Below are positions 1 through 13,849 of a stretch of DNA of 64,000 nt, one piece after another (within the stretch, counting starts at the first letter, position 1; every line of letters starts with the position of its first letter). Made by a program: the position numbers and the translations under genes. A model generated the notes under the pieces. That model did no database searches, had not been told where the DNA came from, and saw only the letters and a list, made by a program, of their open reading frames with translations. Source of the stretch: Mobula hypostoma (Eukaryota); assembly GCF_963921235.1 (NCBI RefSeq), contig NC_086097.1, positions 214,088,001-214,152,000 of the forward strand, written 5' to 3'.

Positions 1-302
1 TAATTAAATTTTGAAATGTTCATAGGCTCTTTAATAGAATAAATACTGCATCAGGGGAAGGCACAATGATCCAGAGGTTTAGATTTCAAAAGTAAAGACA
101 TGAAAATTAATGGAAATATAGCAGTGAAAACTGGGCTTTTATATGCTGTTTTGCACCATTTAGTGTGCCCTAATCCATATTGTGAAATACAGTCGCAGTT
201 TCAGCCTCTCCCCAGTGGGGTGTAAAATACAGTTTTAACATTAATAGATGCAATTAATTATTTAGAAATGTCTAGTTGCCGAACAAATTATGTTGTCACA
301 TA

Positions 303-380
303 CAGTACTGTGCAAAAGTCTGTATATATTGTATATACTGTATATATTGCTAGGGTGCCTAAGACCTTTGCATAGTACTG
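303..380. mobile_element. Tiny Tc1/mariner-type MITE
   Basis: Imperfect terminal inverted repeats CAGTACTGTGCAAAAGTCT ... AGACCTTTGCATAGTACTG, TA on both flanks and a (TA)-rich core; second copy at 3576-3648. Confidence 0.7.
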
Positions 381-392
381 TAGTAATTCTAC

Positions 393-2328
393 GTAAATCA
401 AGAAGAGCCCGATCTTGAAACATCCTGACGTCATCGCAGCAGAAGTGTGGTCAATGCTTGGCATGCCGAACTTAGAAGGAGCATAACAGAAGAGCTAAGA
501 GACAAGTTCAAGACAGCAAAGAAAAATCTCTTTGCCACCTACGACTGACTGAAGGAAGAGGAACTAGTTGAGAGGATTAGAGAGATAGAAGCTGCTAATG
601 AAGACATGCAGCATGGAGAAGCATGGTGCCTAGTCAATGAGATCAGCAGACGAAAGAAGTCCCCAACAGGTCAAATAAGTGGTAAAACAGCAGAGGACTG
701 TGTCCAGACATGGTTTATCCACTTTAAGAACCTGCTGGGAAGCCCTCCAATAATCAGGAAGAAGAGGACATACCCACGATACTAAAGCAAGTCGAAATCG
801 ATGATGGCCCATTCACCATTGAGGAACTGAAGAAGGCCAGATATGCACTCAAACAGGGCAGGAGCGCTGGACCAGATGGGATACCACCAGATGTCCTGAA
901 GAACTGCGACCTGGACGACATCTTGCTGGACATATGTAATAGGGCACTGATGAAAGGTGACAAACTAGAACAGTGGTCACTCTCAAACATTATCCCAGTC
1001 CCCAAGTCTGGATCCCTCACAAAGACAGATAACTACTGCGATATCAGCTTGACCTGCATCTTAGCAAAGCTATAGAATCAGATGATCTTGAATAGGATTC
1101 GTACCACCATTGACCCTAAGCTAAGATTCAATCAGAATAGTTTTCGGCAGAGCGCACAACAGTAATGCAAATACTTGCTCTCCGTAGAATCATCGAGGGA
1201 GTCAAGAAGAACAACCTACCGGCCGTGCTTATTTACATCAATTTTCGCAAAGCTTTTGACTCCATTCACCGAGGTAAAATGCTGAAGATCCTGAAAGCTT
1301 ACGGAGTGCCAGACCATCTACTGAGAGCAATAGAGTCCAGCTATACGAAAACCATGGCAAAAGTTGTATCATCAGACGGAGAAACAGCAGTGTTCGAGCT
1401 CCTAGCTGGTGTGCTGCAAGGAGACACTCTGGCACCCTACATCTTTATAATTGTCCTTGATTACGCTCTACGTCAAGCTACCAAAGATCATGACAAGCTT
1501 GGTTACCATAAAACCAGGACCAACCAAAAGCGTCAGATCAGTTACGCTCACAGATCTCGATTTTGCAGATGACATAGTCCTGCTCTCTGACCAGATGGAG
1601 CAGCTACTACTGCAGCTACTGATAAAAGTGGAAATTGACTGCAATAAAGTTGGACTTCACCTAAACGCTAAAAAGACAGAGTACGTGGCGTTTAACTGCG
1701 ACGAAGGTACTCTCAAGACCGTAAAAAATAATACCATTAAGAAAGTCTTTGACTACAAGTACCTTGGGTCAAGAATGATGAGTTTGGAGAAGGACATAAA
1801 GATTCAGAAGGTGCTGGCGTGGAGGGCTATGAACGACATGAAGGAAATCTGGAAGTCGAACCTGACCAGAGAGCTTAAAAACAGGATCTTCATAGCAGTC
1901 ATAAAGTCCATTCTCACGTATGGATGCGAGACGTGGACACTCACCAAGACGATGCGGAAGTCTCTAGATGGTTGCTATACATGAATGCTCTGGATGGTTC
2001 TTGATGTGAGTTGGCAACAGCACATGACGAACGTTGAGCTCTATGACGACCTTCCGATGCTCTCCACTAAAATCGAGGCAAGAAGACTGCAACTAGTGGG
2101 GCACTGTCTACGCCACCCCGAGCTACTTGCCAGCCTAGTCATCATATGGGAGCCCGAGCATGGGAGGATGAACCCTGGGCGCCCTCCCAAGACTATGGTC
2201 AACACGCTCCTAGAAAACAGCAGCGTGGCTAATGTAGATGAACAGAACACACTGATGAAGGAGAGGGAGAAGTGGGGAGTCCGTCATCGTGCCCGATGCT
2301 GGCCCCCTAGGCCTGAGTCGACGTAGTA
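393..2328 (+). mobile_element. 5'-truncated RTE-clade LINE with disrupted reverse transcriptase
   Basis: RT motifs NFRKAFDSI, GVLQGDTLAP and DLDFADD, plus LTYGCETW and RRLQLVGHC, spread over broken ORFs 1165-2326; (TAG)n tail; 13-bp TSD GTAGTAATTCTAC at 380-392 and 2329-2341. Confidence 0.9.
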
Positions 2329-2394
2329 GTAGTAATTCTACATATTGCACTGAACTGCGGCCACAAAAAAAACAAATTTCATGACATATGTAAA

Positions 2395-3228
2395 TATACT
2401 TTATACTTTATTGTCGCCAAACTATTGATACTAGAACGTACAATCATCACAGCGATATTTGATTCTGCGCTTTCCACTCCCTGGATTACAAATATTAAAT
2501 ATTAAAAATTAGTAAATATTAAAAATTTAAATTATAAATCATAACTAGAAAATAGAAAAATGGAAAGTAAGTTAGTGCAAAAAAAAAGAGAGGCAGGTCC
2601 GGATATTTGGAGGGTACGGCCCAGATCCAGGTCAGGATCTGTTCAGCAGTCTTATCACAGTTGGAAAGAAGCTGTTCCCAAATCAGGCCGTATGAGTCTT
2701 CAAGCTCCTGAGACTTCTCCTGGAGGGAAGAGGGATGAAAAGTGTGTTGGCTGGGTGGGTCGTGTCCTTGATTATCCTGGCAGCACTGCTCTGACAGCGT
2801 GCAGTGTAAAGTGAGTCCAAGGACGGAAGATTGGTTTGTGTGATGTGCTACGCCGTGTTCACGATCTTCTGCAGCTTCTTTCCATCTTGGACAGGACAAC
2901 TTCCATACCAGGTTGTGATGCACCCTAGAAGAATGCTTTCTATGGTGCATCTATAAAAATTAGTGAGGGTTTTAGGGTACAGGCCAACTTTCTTTAGTTT
3001 TCTCAGGAAGTAAAGGCGCAGGTGGGCCTTCATGGCAGTGAACTCTGCTTGGTTGGACCAAGTCAGGTCATTTGTGCTATTGACCCCGAGGAACTTAAAG
3101 CTTTTGACCTGTTCCACTTCTGCACCACCGATGTAAATTGGGTCATGCGTTCCGCTACTCCTTCTGAAGTCAACAACCAATTCCTTCGTCTCGCTGACGT
3201 TGAGGGATAGGTTATTGTCTTCGCACCA
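2395..3228 (-). mobile_element. Rex1/Babar-like LINE 3' fragment
   Basis: WCEDNNLSLNVSETKELVVDFRR, FKFLGV and FYRCTIESIL motifs; short tandem tail near 2395. Confidence 0.85.
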
Positions 3229-3575
3229 AGTGAAGATGAACCTGATTTTGATATGGGTCTCTATTGTGGACTGAGAATGGGAAGGGGGCAGGGAGAGGGA
3301 AATCATGGTTGGGAAAAGGAGAAGGGAGAGAGGAGGGAGCAGGAAGCAGCAGAGAGACATTCTGTAATGATTAATAAACCAATTGTTTGGAATCAAATTA
3401 CATTGCCTACTGACTCAGGGCTGCGTGTGTCTGCACCCACACTACCCCCACTCCTGGCACTCTTTCTCTGCCACCTGTCTCACACCCCACCCCCTACACT
3501 CCACCTTCGCCATTCCCAACATACTTTGTTCCCACCAGATTTACAAACTCGCTCTCCATTTTACGTTGACAAATA

Positions 3576-3648
3576 TAGTACTGTGCAAGTCTTAGGCACC
3601 AGAGCTATATATATGCATATATATGTGCCTAAGATGTTTGCACTACTG
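3576..3648. mobile_element. Tiny Tc1/mariner-type MITE, second copy
   Basis: TAGTACTGTGCAAGTCTTAGGCAC ... GTGCCTAAGATGTTTGCACTACTG, flanked by TA. Confidence 0.7.
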
Positions 3649-5749
3649 TATAATTATTGCACTTATGGCAGACACTGCCATGGTGGTGTTGATAAGATTT
3701 GGAGACAAAATCGTGCACCTCACATATTACTTGAGTACATGATGATAAGCCTCAAGTCCCTCAAGATGGCTGGGTCATATAACGAATAATTAAAACCAAA
3801 ATGCTTTTTAAAATCACAGCAACTTGATCTCACATTGGCATGTGCAGTAATTCTCATTTATTTTGACACAAAGTTTTATGCATAAAATATCTAAATTGAT
3901 GGTACACTAAATTCGCTTGGTCTTGTATCAAATATATCAATTAATTGATAAAATTCTGTAAATGGTTAACCTCTTTAATGTTGGATTCTAATTTAGCATG
4001 CTTTAGCCACTACAATGCACAGGAATTGCTGGACTTATATCTGGTCAGTCTAAAATGCATGTACTTATTAAATAAGTAACTTAATGATGAATGATGCACC
4101 AGGAATCTCCCTGGGATTTCATTTTCAATGAGCATAGAACCTGCAAGGATTTTTTGAAATTATAAAGAACATTGTTAAAAAAAAATCTTGGTACAGAAGA
4201 AAATTGTAATAATTTACTAAGAGACGTACTGGAAGCAAAACCAAGTTGACAAAACATACATCTGTGGCCATTTCTGTGTCCATCTGCCCACGGTCATTTG
4301 CATACTTATTTACACAGTCCATGGAGCAGAACTTGGTCCCCAATCACTTTGGACCAGGACCATATGTGGTTGAGACTTTATGGTAGCTGGTGGGCAATAC
4401 TCAGTCCTTGCTAAGAGAAATAGTGCACAGACACCCTCCACTCCTCAGAAGTGATCAACTCAAACAAAAAGGGGGTGGAGGGTAGGAAAGAAGTTTTGCA
4501 ATAACTCCTACGATCTCAACTACCGAGGAGAGTAAACACTACAAAAGTTCACAAGTACAACACTGCCCTAAAAATTGGGTGAGTACCAAATTGTCTTCAT
4601 TGCAGAGCCAATACCACAAATTTCCTATCAATCATAACTGATGTATATTGCCACATGCTGTAAATGTCATTTAGCAGCTTACTGTTTGCAGCCAAGCAAC
4701 ATTAACAGAACCACAAGAAGGTCATGACAGCTGGGATACAGTGCAGATCCTACACATTTGCCTCATGGCCCCTGTGAATGTCGTGCAGCTAAGGTGACCA
4801 CAACTTAACTGAATCTTCTCACAGGCATTTTTTAACTTTGAAATTTGTGTTTGGTCTCAATAAACAGAGTAGATGAGATGCTATTTCCCTTCTAAAACTA
4901 CCAGATCTTCCTTCTTTGTCCCACTACATTCTCTTAACTATTTTTACTTCCCCCGCTCAAATGGCACTTTCAACACACAAGCTGTCCCTGGGTAACGAAT
5001 GGGTTCCGATTTTACAGACTTCCATAAGCCAATTCTGTCTATTGGTCAGCAAATACACCAAAATCATTAGTTCTGCAGTTTTTAGGAATTAACATATGTA
5101 CACACATTTGACTTTTGAATTTAATAATATTATGGGAGTTGGGATTTTGTAACGTGGGAACAGCCTATATAGTCCAAGCACTTTGATGTCTTGAAGTTAA
5201 TAATGAGTGGTAGGTAAATAAAGAGTGGATAGTATTTTCCACAAAACAATGACAGATTGGTTTTCAATGGCCAATGTGATCACGATCCCTGCTGGAACAC
5301 ACAATTTGCCTTCCATGCCTAACAACTGACAGTCCACCAATGCAAAGTCTCGGAAGACCCATTGTTTTTGAGCTCAATAGAGTGTAGCAGCAAGGATCTG
5401 TCATACTGGAAGGATAGTGAATTCAGAGAGGCACATGTCTCCAGTGAGATTCTGATCATCTGCTAAGAAAAACTGATGTAAACTGTTAGGGATGGGTTAA
5501 ACAACCTGGCCTATAATTATTTGGTCTGGATCAGGCTGAAGCATTCCCAGATGCAGGCAGCATGGCCTGAGGTTTGGGAAGGCCTCCAACACACAGGGAA
5601 GGTCCATCCATGAAACACCACTGTAAGCTCTCTCAGCCTGTAAAGCCCTGACTGTTGTAAATAGTGTGAGGGCTTCTAAATATCATTTAAAGTCAAGGGA
5701 AAAATAAGTATATAATTTAAAAGTTATTAAAATTTAAACTGAATTTAGC

Positions 5750-6990
5750 TAATTGAGTCATATGGCATGGAGAAAGAACCACCAGCCCCAAAAGCTCATG
5801 CTCCATGCAAGCTAATCCCGTATGCCAACATTTGGCCCATAATTTTCTAAATCTTTCCTATCTCTGTACTGGACATATCAAACTATTTTTTTTGTTGTTA
5901 TTGTACCTGCCTCAACCTCTTCCTCTGGCAGCTGATTCAAGATACATACAACCCATTCTGTAAAAAGCTGTCCCTCAGCACTGGTCCCTTTGAGCTATGT
6001 GCCTGCGCAGTAATTGAGATGCTCCCACACACATAGCCTTTGTTGCCATACAGCTGGAAATTTATTTTACATAATGCTACTATCCAAGTGCCCCACAGTT
6101 TTCAAGCATGTAAAAAATTCCTACTCATGGCAAAGGTTGGTCCACATACCAGAAAAAAAAATTAGAACATTGTCCTTCAAGCTCCTACTAAATCTTTCCC
6201 CTCTCAACTTAGATCTATGCTATCTAGTTCTCAACATTCCAACTCTGGGGAAAAAAACTAAGTGCAATCACTCTATCTATGTCTCTCAAGCATTTATACG
6301 ATCACTTCTCAGTCTCTTACTACTCAAGGAGAAAGTCCTATCCAGTCTAACCACTCTCTACAACTCAGTCCCTCAAGTTGTGGCAACATCCTTTTCAACC
6401 TTCTCTGTACTTTTCCTGGTTTAATGACATCTTTCCCAAAACTGAACATAATGCTCCAAGTGCTTCCTCACCAACATCTTGTACAACCACACCACAATCT
6501 CCCAATTTCTATACTCAGTGACCTGACTGATGAAAGCCAGTGTATCAAAAGCTTCCTTCAATACCCTGTCTATCTGTGACTCCAACTTTCAGGAAAGCAT
6601 GTACTTGAACTCCAAGTTCCCTTTGTTTTGCAACACTCAAAAGGGTCTTAATGTTCACTGTTGAAGTCCAATCTTGATTTGATTTTAGAAAATGCAACAT
6701 CTCACACATATCTGAATTAAATATCATTTGCCACTCCTCAGCCCACTTACTCACCTGATCAAGATCCTTTAACAATTTTTGATAACCATCTTCACTATCC
6801 ACCATAACACCTATTTTAATGTAATCTGCAAATGTACTAAAATATGCCTTGTATGCTCTCATCCAAATTGCTGACGTAGATGACAAATAACAATGAGCAC
6901 ATCACCAGCCCTGAGGCATACCACTATTCATGAGCCTCCAGTCCCAGAAACAGCCTTCCACTATCATCGTTTGCTTCCTACCATAAAGGA
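5750..6990 (-). mobile_element. Degraded CR1 LINE
   Basis: FADYIKIG, DLDQVSKWAEEWQMIFN and RELGVQVH motifs in ORF 6545-6886. Confidence 0.8.
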
Positions 6991-7050
6991 AGACGGTGAT
7001 GGTGGAAGGCTGTTTCTGGGACTGGAGGCTCATGAATAATGGCATGCCTC
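6913..7050. repeat. Fold-back inverted repeat, ~65-bp arms and ~8-nt loop
   Basis: TATTCATGAGCCTCCAGTCCCAGAAACAGCCTTCCAC followed by its reverse complement GTGGAAGGCTGTTTCTGGGACTGGAGGCTCATGAATA. Confidence 0.95.
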
Positions 7051-7169
7051 TATTCACTATTCCTTGGATTGAAAAATAACCTTTCAAATAATTAAAAGCA
7101 TTAAAAGTAAATTGGTATTACCTTGCCCTTTATAATGTCAAACCTGACAAAAAAAAACGATCACATGTG

Positions 7170-8245
7170 CTCCCACCCAAGTTCTTCACAAAGCTTCAAG
7201 ACCCGGGCCTCTGTACCTCTCTCTGCAACTGGATACTTGACTTACTCATCGGCCGACATTAACTAGTGAAGATCGGCGACAATATTCAGGTGCATCTCAA
7301 GGCTGCATGATTAGCCACTTCCTCTACTCTCTATACACACATGACTGTGTGTCTAAGCACAGCTCCAATACCATTTTCAAAATTTTCCATTGTCACTATG
7401 GCTGTTAGGTAAATAGCAGGTGAAGAAGAGTCAGCTTCCAGGAGTGAGGTAGGTCATGTGGTTGAGTGGCTGCTACAAAAACAACTTCTCCCATAAAGTC
7501 AGTAAAACAAAAGAGTTGAATTTTGACTGCAGTACAGGGAAGGAATATGAACGTATGCCAGTCTACGTTTAGGGATCAGTAGTGGAGAGAATCTGTGGTT
7601 TAAACTCCTGGGCGTTAACATATTGATTAATCTGTTCTGGGTCCCGCACGTAAATTCAATCATATGAAAAGTGGGCCAGCAGCTTTTCCTCCTAAGCAGT
7701 TTAAGGAGGCATGGCATGTCACTGAGCATTCTTACAGACTCCTACAGATATGCTGTTGAAAGCTCAAGCTGGTTGTATCATGGTCTGGTATGGCAGTTCA
7801 AACGCACATGTGGAGAGTAGTGGACTTTGCCCAATGCATCACAGGCACATTCCTCTCCACCACTGGTTGTACCTGCAGGAGGCACTGCCTCAAGGAAGTA
7901 TTGCCCCTCATCAAAGAACTCCACTAACCAGGCCATACCAATTTTTAGCAGCTACCATCACGTAGGAGGTATAGAAGCCTTAAGTCCTACACCACCAGGT
8001 TCAAGAGCAGCTACTTCGCTTCAACCATTTGTCCCTGAACCAACTAGAAAGAGCCTAATCACTATAGTTTAGCTATACTATGGCCATCTTGCACTAAAAT
8101 GGACCTTGCTTTCTTTTGTTTTAATTATGTTTTCTTGAAAAATTGTGATTATTATTTTTCTTGTGAATTATTCTATGTGTCTGTGATGCTTCTACAAGTA
8201 AGCTTTTCATTGAACCCGCACATACAAATAAACTCAACTTTGATT
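7170..8245 (+). mobile_element. Degraded Rex1/Babar-like LINE
   Basis: Nucleotide similarity to the better-preserved copies at 48020-50570 and 62703-63733. Confidence 0.75.
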
Positions 8246-9444
8246 TTGCTATACCTGGCCTAAAAGGACAAACTGATCAATTTGACTATCTGTAAACTTG
8301 AAGATATCTATGCGTCTTCGTCAAACATACCAGCCCTGGACTTGCTTTCATTTTTCAAGTATGATCCAGGTCACTGAACTTACTCAGTGCATTTTAAAAG
8401 ACTAAATCAAAGATCATGAAAAACTTAGCTTTCCATAGCAATTTCAGTCTAGGAGTACGGATGGAAGAATTGCACGTTTATGATGGTCCTATTTGAAAAT
8501 GTGTTTTTCATGGGAAGCTCAGTCATGAATGATAATGATGAGATCAGGTCTCAAACCTCTTTGGTATTGTGAAGAACAATGTCAAAAAGACAATACCTAA
8601 TGTATGAAGTAAATACAAAACAAAACAGGCAGATCAGTACCATCACACACAACATCTGGTGAAGGGCACATCAGAGAGCTGGAACACATTAAAAGAAAAG
8701 CTGCATGGTTGGCCACACTGAGGTCCTGACATGGCTGTAGAAGCATCTTTACTCGAGAGTTCTACAGTTACAGCAGGTAGGAGCACCATCATTTTTAATG
8801 TAACCACCCTGCTGCTGATCGCTATGGCAAATAATCACATCAGCTGCAGCAGTCATTAAGGCCACTTAGCTGCCATTTCCACACTGCAAAGATTCAAAAC
8901 AGCATGGTTATATAACCTTCAAAGAAAAAAAAACAAAAGAGCAAGGGCTGTAACGCATAGCTCTCCATTCTCTGCATTACACTTGGTAAGAGTACTGGTC
9001 AGGAAGGCTGAAGTGAATACAGCAGCAGTGTCAAGGGACTGTAGAATCCACACCCATTCTCCTACTTCTTATACTTCTCTATACCTCAACAAATCTGATA
9101 CTCATTTAAGGAAAGAGGCAGTACAGGGATTAAAAATGTAGCAGATATAGTTGTGTTACAGGTATAGATGTGAAAACTAAATGACAAAGTGGCACCATGC
9201 AAGTGAAAGAGTGAAGTTAAGGATGGTGGTTAAGGTAAGTGAACAAAAGGAGAGGTGATTCTGCCCTGTGCCCGCTAATATAATGAACTGATGAGTGAGG
9301 CTTTAGGCCTATTCCAGGCTGCTCCATGGTTCGGATCTGAGGACTCAATTTTGGTTCGTAATGCTGTTGCTTGCGTCAATTGTTTGCATGATTTGTATTT
9401 TTTTTCTTTCTCTTGCACGTCCAGGCTTGGTCTTCTATTTTTAT

Positions 9445-12115
9445 GTTTTTTTAATATAATTAAAACATTTTTTTTTTGCTCAGCATAACAAAACTTTCAA
9501 TTTCCAGATACACTTACATTTACATTTCTTCCCCTCACAGATATCAGGCATCAGAACACTTCTATCACTCCAGTATGTCTGAAGTTTGGGACAAGTCCAA
9601 AAACAATGGGTGAAAGTTGCAGTATTTACATTTAGAACACATTGAAGAAACCCCCGTCTTAAATTTTGAGAGACGATCGGGAGTCGGATGGGGTCTATGC
9701 AGAACTTTGAGCTGCAATGCTTTAGTTCTATTACAAACTGAAATCTTCTTTGCATTATCACAGACGTCTTCCATGTTTCAGCTGTAATTTCTACTCCCAG
9801 CTCTTCCTCCCAGACCCTACCCAGCTGCTTAGCCTCTCCACAAGAACATTCCCTCAAGATGCTGTAAAAAGTACTAATAGAGACTTCACCTTTAGAACAA
9901 AACACCCTCTTTTCTATGTCAGAACTATAGAAATCAGTTAACAATGATGTTTTTTTCTGTATAGAATCTCTTGTCTGAAAGAAACAAGAAAGATCCTTGT
10001 TGGGTATGTTAAATTTCTGTACTATTTGACTAAAAGACATCATCGCTCCTTCATCAAACAAATCTCCTAGATGGAAAATACCCTTAGAAATCCAAAGTTC
10101 CAAAGAAAACCCAAATCTGGACTGCCGGTTATTGGAGTGAAGGGTGATATTTTTGCTGCATTGCCCTCAATTTGTCGCACCGCCCTCCAAGCCCTGGCTG
10201 CATTAATTGTTATTGGATTGCGACAATATTCCTCAACTAGTTTCATCTTATTGAGGAAAAGCGAATTAATAATAGGGCATTTTGCTTGTGAAGCTTCAAT
10301 GTCTATTGAGGAGGGGTCCCTGCAAACCCAGTCAACCACATAAGATAAAAAGGAACTTAATTGATATTTTTTGATGTCTGGAAAATCCAGACCCCCTAGA
10401 CTACTGGGACACTGTAACTTAGACATTTTGTTCCAGATGAAAGAAACAAAACAGCCATTTAAGCAACACACATCAAAGTTGCTGGTGAATGCAGCAGGCC
10501 AGGTAGCATCTCTAGGAAGAGGTACAGTCGACTTTCAGGCCAAGACCCTTCGTCAGGACTAACTGAAGGAAGAGTTAGTAAGAGATTTGAAAGTGGGAGG
10601 GGGAGATACAAAATGATAGGAGAAGACAGGAGGGGGAGGGATGGAGCCAAGAGCTGGACAGGTGATTGGCAAAGGGGATATGAGAGGATCATGGGACAGG
10701 AGGCCCAGGGAGAAGGAAAAGGGGGAGGGGAACCCAGAGGATGGGCAAGGGTATAGTCAGAGGGACAGAGGGAGAACAAGGAGAGTAGGAGAAAGAATGT
10801 GTGTATAAAAATAAATAACCGATGGGGTACGAGGGGGAGGTGGGGCATTAGCGGAAGTTGGAGAAGTCGATGTTCATGCCATCAGGTTTTTTTTTAAGTA
10901 TTGTTGGGTGAAAATGACTGGAGACATTTGTATTGGGTAGAGCAGGCGAGGAAGAATGTTCATTTTGAGCAAGGATATTCGGCCAAGCCAAGAAATGGGA
11001 AGAGTGCTCCATCGCTCAAGATCCTGTTTGATTTTGTCAAATAACTGTGTAAAGTTAGCTTTGAACAATTGATCAAATGTAAGTGTGATAAATATGCCTA
11101 AGTAAACAAAACCCATCTGCGACCATTTAAAGAGGGAAACACCCTGAGTGTCAGGTACCTGCTGCAGATTCCCCAGAGGCATCGCCTCTGATTTAGTAAA
11201 GTTGATTTTATAACCTGAAAAGGCGCTAAATGAATTGATGCATTGTATAAGGTGGTGCACTGATATAGCAGGGTTTGATAAGAAAATTAGAACATCATCC
11301 ACATATAATGTAATTTTATGTGACTTTTGTCCTATGTCTGGAGCAGATATTTTGGGGTCTCGCCAAATAGCTTCAGCCAATGGTTCAATCACTAGTGTGA
11401 AAAGTAGTGATGATAAAGGGCAGCCCTGCTGGCTGCCCCTCAGAATACTAAAACTATCCAACCTAATACCATTAGTGAGAATCGCTGCCAAAGGGTCATT
11501 ATAAAGAACCTTCACCCACTTAATAAAATTATTGCCCAATCCAAATCATTCTAAAGTGAAAAAAAGATACGGCCATTCAAAGGCCTTTTCTGCATCTAAG
11601 GAAACCACCAAGCCATTCACTGCCTGTTGCTGACATGCCTGAATCACATCAAGTAATCTTCCGATATCGTTAGATGATTTACGGCCTTTTACAAAACCCA
11701 TTTGATCCTCTTTTATGATAAAAGGTAACACAGTTTCTAATCGCAACGCCAAGGTTTTAGATAAGATTTTAAAGTCAACATTTAACAATGAAATAGGCCT
11801 GTAGGAGGTACAATCTTCAGGGCTCTTTTCTTTCTTAAAAATTAGGGAGATATTAGCTTCTCTCAATGATGGTGGGAGGAGACCACAATTAAATGCATGA
11901 TTGAACATGTTTAGCATAGGCTCTGATAATAACCCTGTGGACTCTTTATAGAATTCACTAATGAGTCCATCAGGACCAGGGGCCTTCCTACTTTGGAGCT
12001 GTCTCACAGCTTCCTGTATCTCATGTATAGATAACAGAGCATTGAGGAGCGACTCTTGCTCAGAAGAAATGTCTAGGAGATCTAAATTCCTGAAAAAGGA
12101 CTCCATCCTAGATTG
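9445..12115 (-). mobile_element. 5'-truncated L1-clade LINE ORF2, disrupted
   Basis: KAPGPDG, YRPISLLNVDFKILSK, SLDAEKAF, QGCPLS, LYVDD and C-terminal HCFWTCP motifs; TSD TCTATTTTTAT at 9434-9444 and 12116-12126; splits a non-coding retroposon (~9283-9444 and 12116-12250). Confidence 0.9.
10461..10880 (-). mobile_element. Penelope-like element 3'/pseudo-LTR fragment nested in the L1
   Basis: Ends in MNIDFSNFR-like coding sequence followed by a pyrimidine-rich tract and a hammerhead-like motif; same layout as 60686-61300. Confidence 0.8.
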
Positions 12116-13849
12116 TCTATTTTTATTTTAATTATTTTTTCTTTAATTGGGTTCTTTCGGGTTTCTTGCTTTGCTTTTTACCTGTGAGCAAGCAAATCAA
12201 GGTTGTATAATTTATACATTCTTTGTTAATAAATGGATCTTGAAGCTTGAAATTATGAATGCAGTTAGACTAGATCTCTTCTTGTTGAGCTGGGTCATGC
12301 AAGTGATTCTGGAAGAGAATAATCTGAACAATTGTCAAGTGTTGCGGAGAACTTGACAAGAATTTAGTGATAATACCCCAATTTAACAGTCAAGGAGAAT
12401 ATTTCAAGTGTTGATAGACCTCTATAAATTTTCAGCATACCTCATTTATATGGTAATGTGTTCACGTGATGCAATAAAATTGACACTTTATGCTCAATTC
12501 TCCATATAGTAATGCATTCTTGTTGCAAAATTACATTCATAAATGTATAATGGTATATCCAGTGTCTAAAGCATTCACTGTTCTCTTAACAGCAAATAGT
12601 TCTCTGAATAAAAGTTGTTGGAGACATGTAGCCCATGGCAATCTTCTCAGATAGAGTAATGAAAACCCCACATTGATTTTCACTTTCTAAAATAAATGAT
12701 AATGCTATTTTACACATTTAGCTCAAAATGGGCATCAGTTATGTATTAATTTATAGTGCCATCTAGTGTAAAATGATTTCAAGCTTTTGTCACATAACCC
12801 CAAAGTACACGTTCGCCTTTTCAATCAAATTAAGCTTTCCACCACAACAATGTTAGAAATGTGAGACCGTCATTGCACAGGTGTGGCAGGATATTTGCAA
12901 ATAAATAAAATTGCAAAGGAGTTTTTTTTCCCCACTGCAGTTTAAAGCAACCAATCTAGTTATTTAATCTTTGCATGTACAAGCTGCAAGGGGGAAACAG
13001 GCCATTTCCAACATGAAAAGTGTCTACCTAAAGTACTAATACCAGGAATAAATTAAATTTTCTTCCAATTCCATGTAAAGATTCTTCCTTTCCCTTTCTC
13101 AAAATCTTTTGCATTTATCCATACATCTATGGGCCCTCATTTATTATTATTATGGATCCTCTACAACATGGAAACTGCCAGCTTCTAACTACATCACACC
13201 ATTATCAAAAATTGCCCTGTAATCTGGGATGTTAACTCAAAACTAAAGCCCTTTTAAAATGCTTTGCTGAGAATCAGCTGACTTAAACTAAGATAGATAT
13301 CCTATTTGTTGTTTTCAGCAATTAGTTGGTTGTACATTAAGCAGTTAAAATAAGCATTTAATAAGACTAGCTAAGAAACTTTATTTTGGAAGATAATTAA
13401 TTGAAATCAAACGGCACAAGAACCTTTCTAGGTGTTTAATAGAGACTTCACCGATCATGCGGTGTGGCAGGCTCCATTCCGAAACACGTTTTAACTGGTT
13501 TTGGATTACGGATTGCATTTCCACATCACTTTTTTAAAATTTCAACAAGAATGAATGGAGTTGTCAAAAGATTCTATGATAAAATGCAGAGAGGAGCAAG
13601 GAGCAGATCTACCTCAGTAAAGTCCGAATGAGTCTTAGCTCATTTTATTCATCATTTCCTACCAACGCTCATATTTACTTGGTTAAGATGTAATGGCCTG
13701 CCACTTGCCCTAGCTCATCAAATTCAATTGTCAAAACTTTAGTGAATTACTTGATTTATCTGTATATCAATAAGATGTACTCTACATTTTGAATACATTG
13801 TGCAATTTCCCATTCAATTGCTTCTACAGTTAGAAAACACATAGCTTAC

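Noticed and set aside
7122..7143. 22-nt AG/GT-bounded segment on the minus strand
   Set aside because: Not frame-preserving, unlike the expected next ASPH exon, and wedged between two LINE fragments
1..13849. Next ASPH exon (KKKPKLLNKFDK-type) and catalytic exons
   Set aside because: Not found by eye; probably outside the window, so the gene identity stays below certainty
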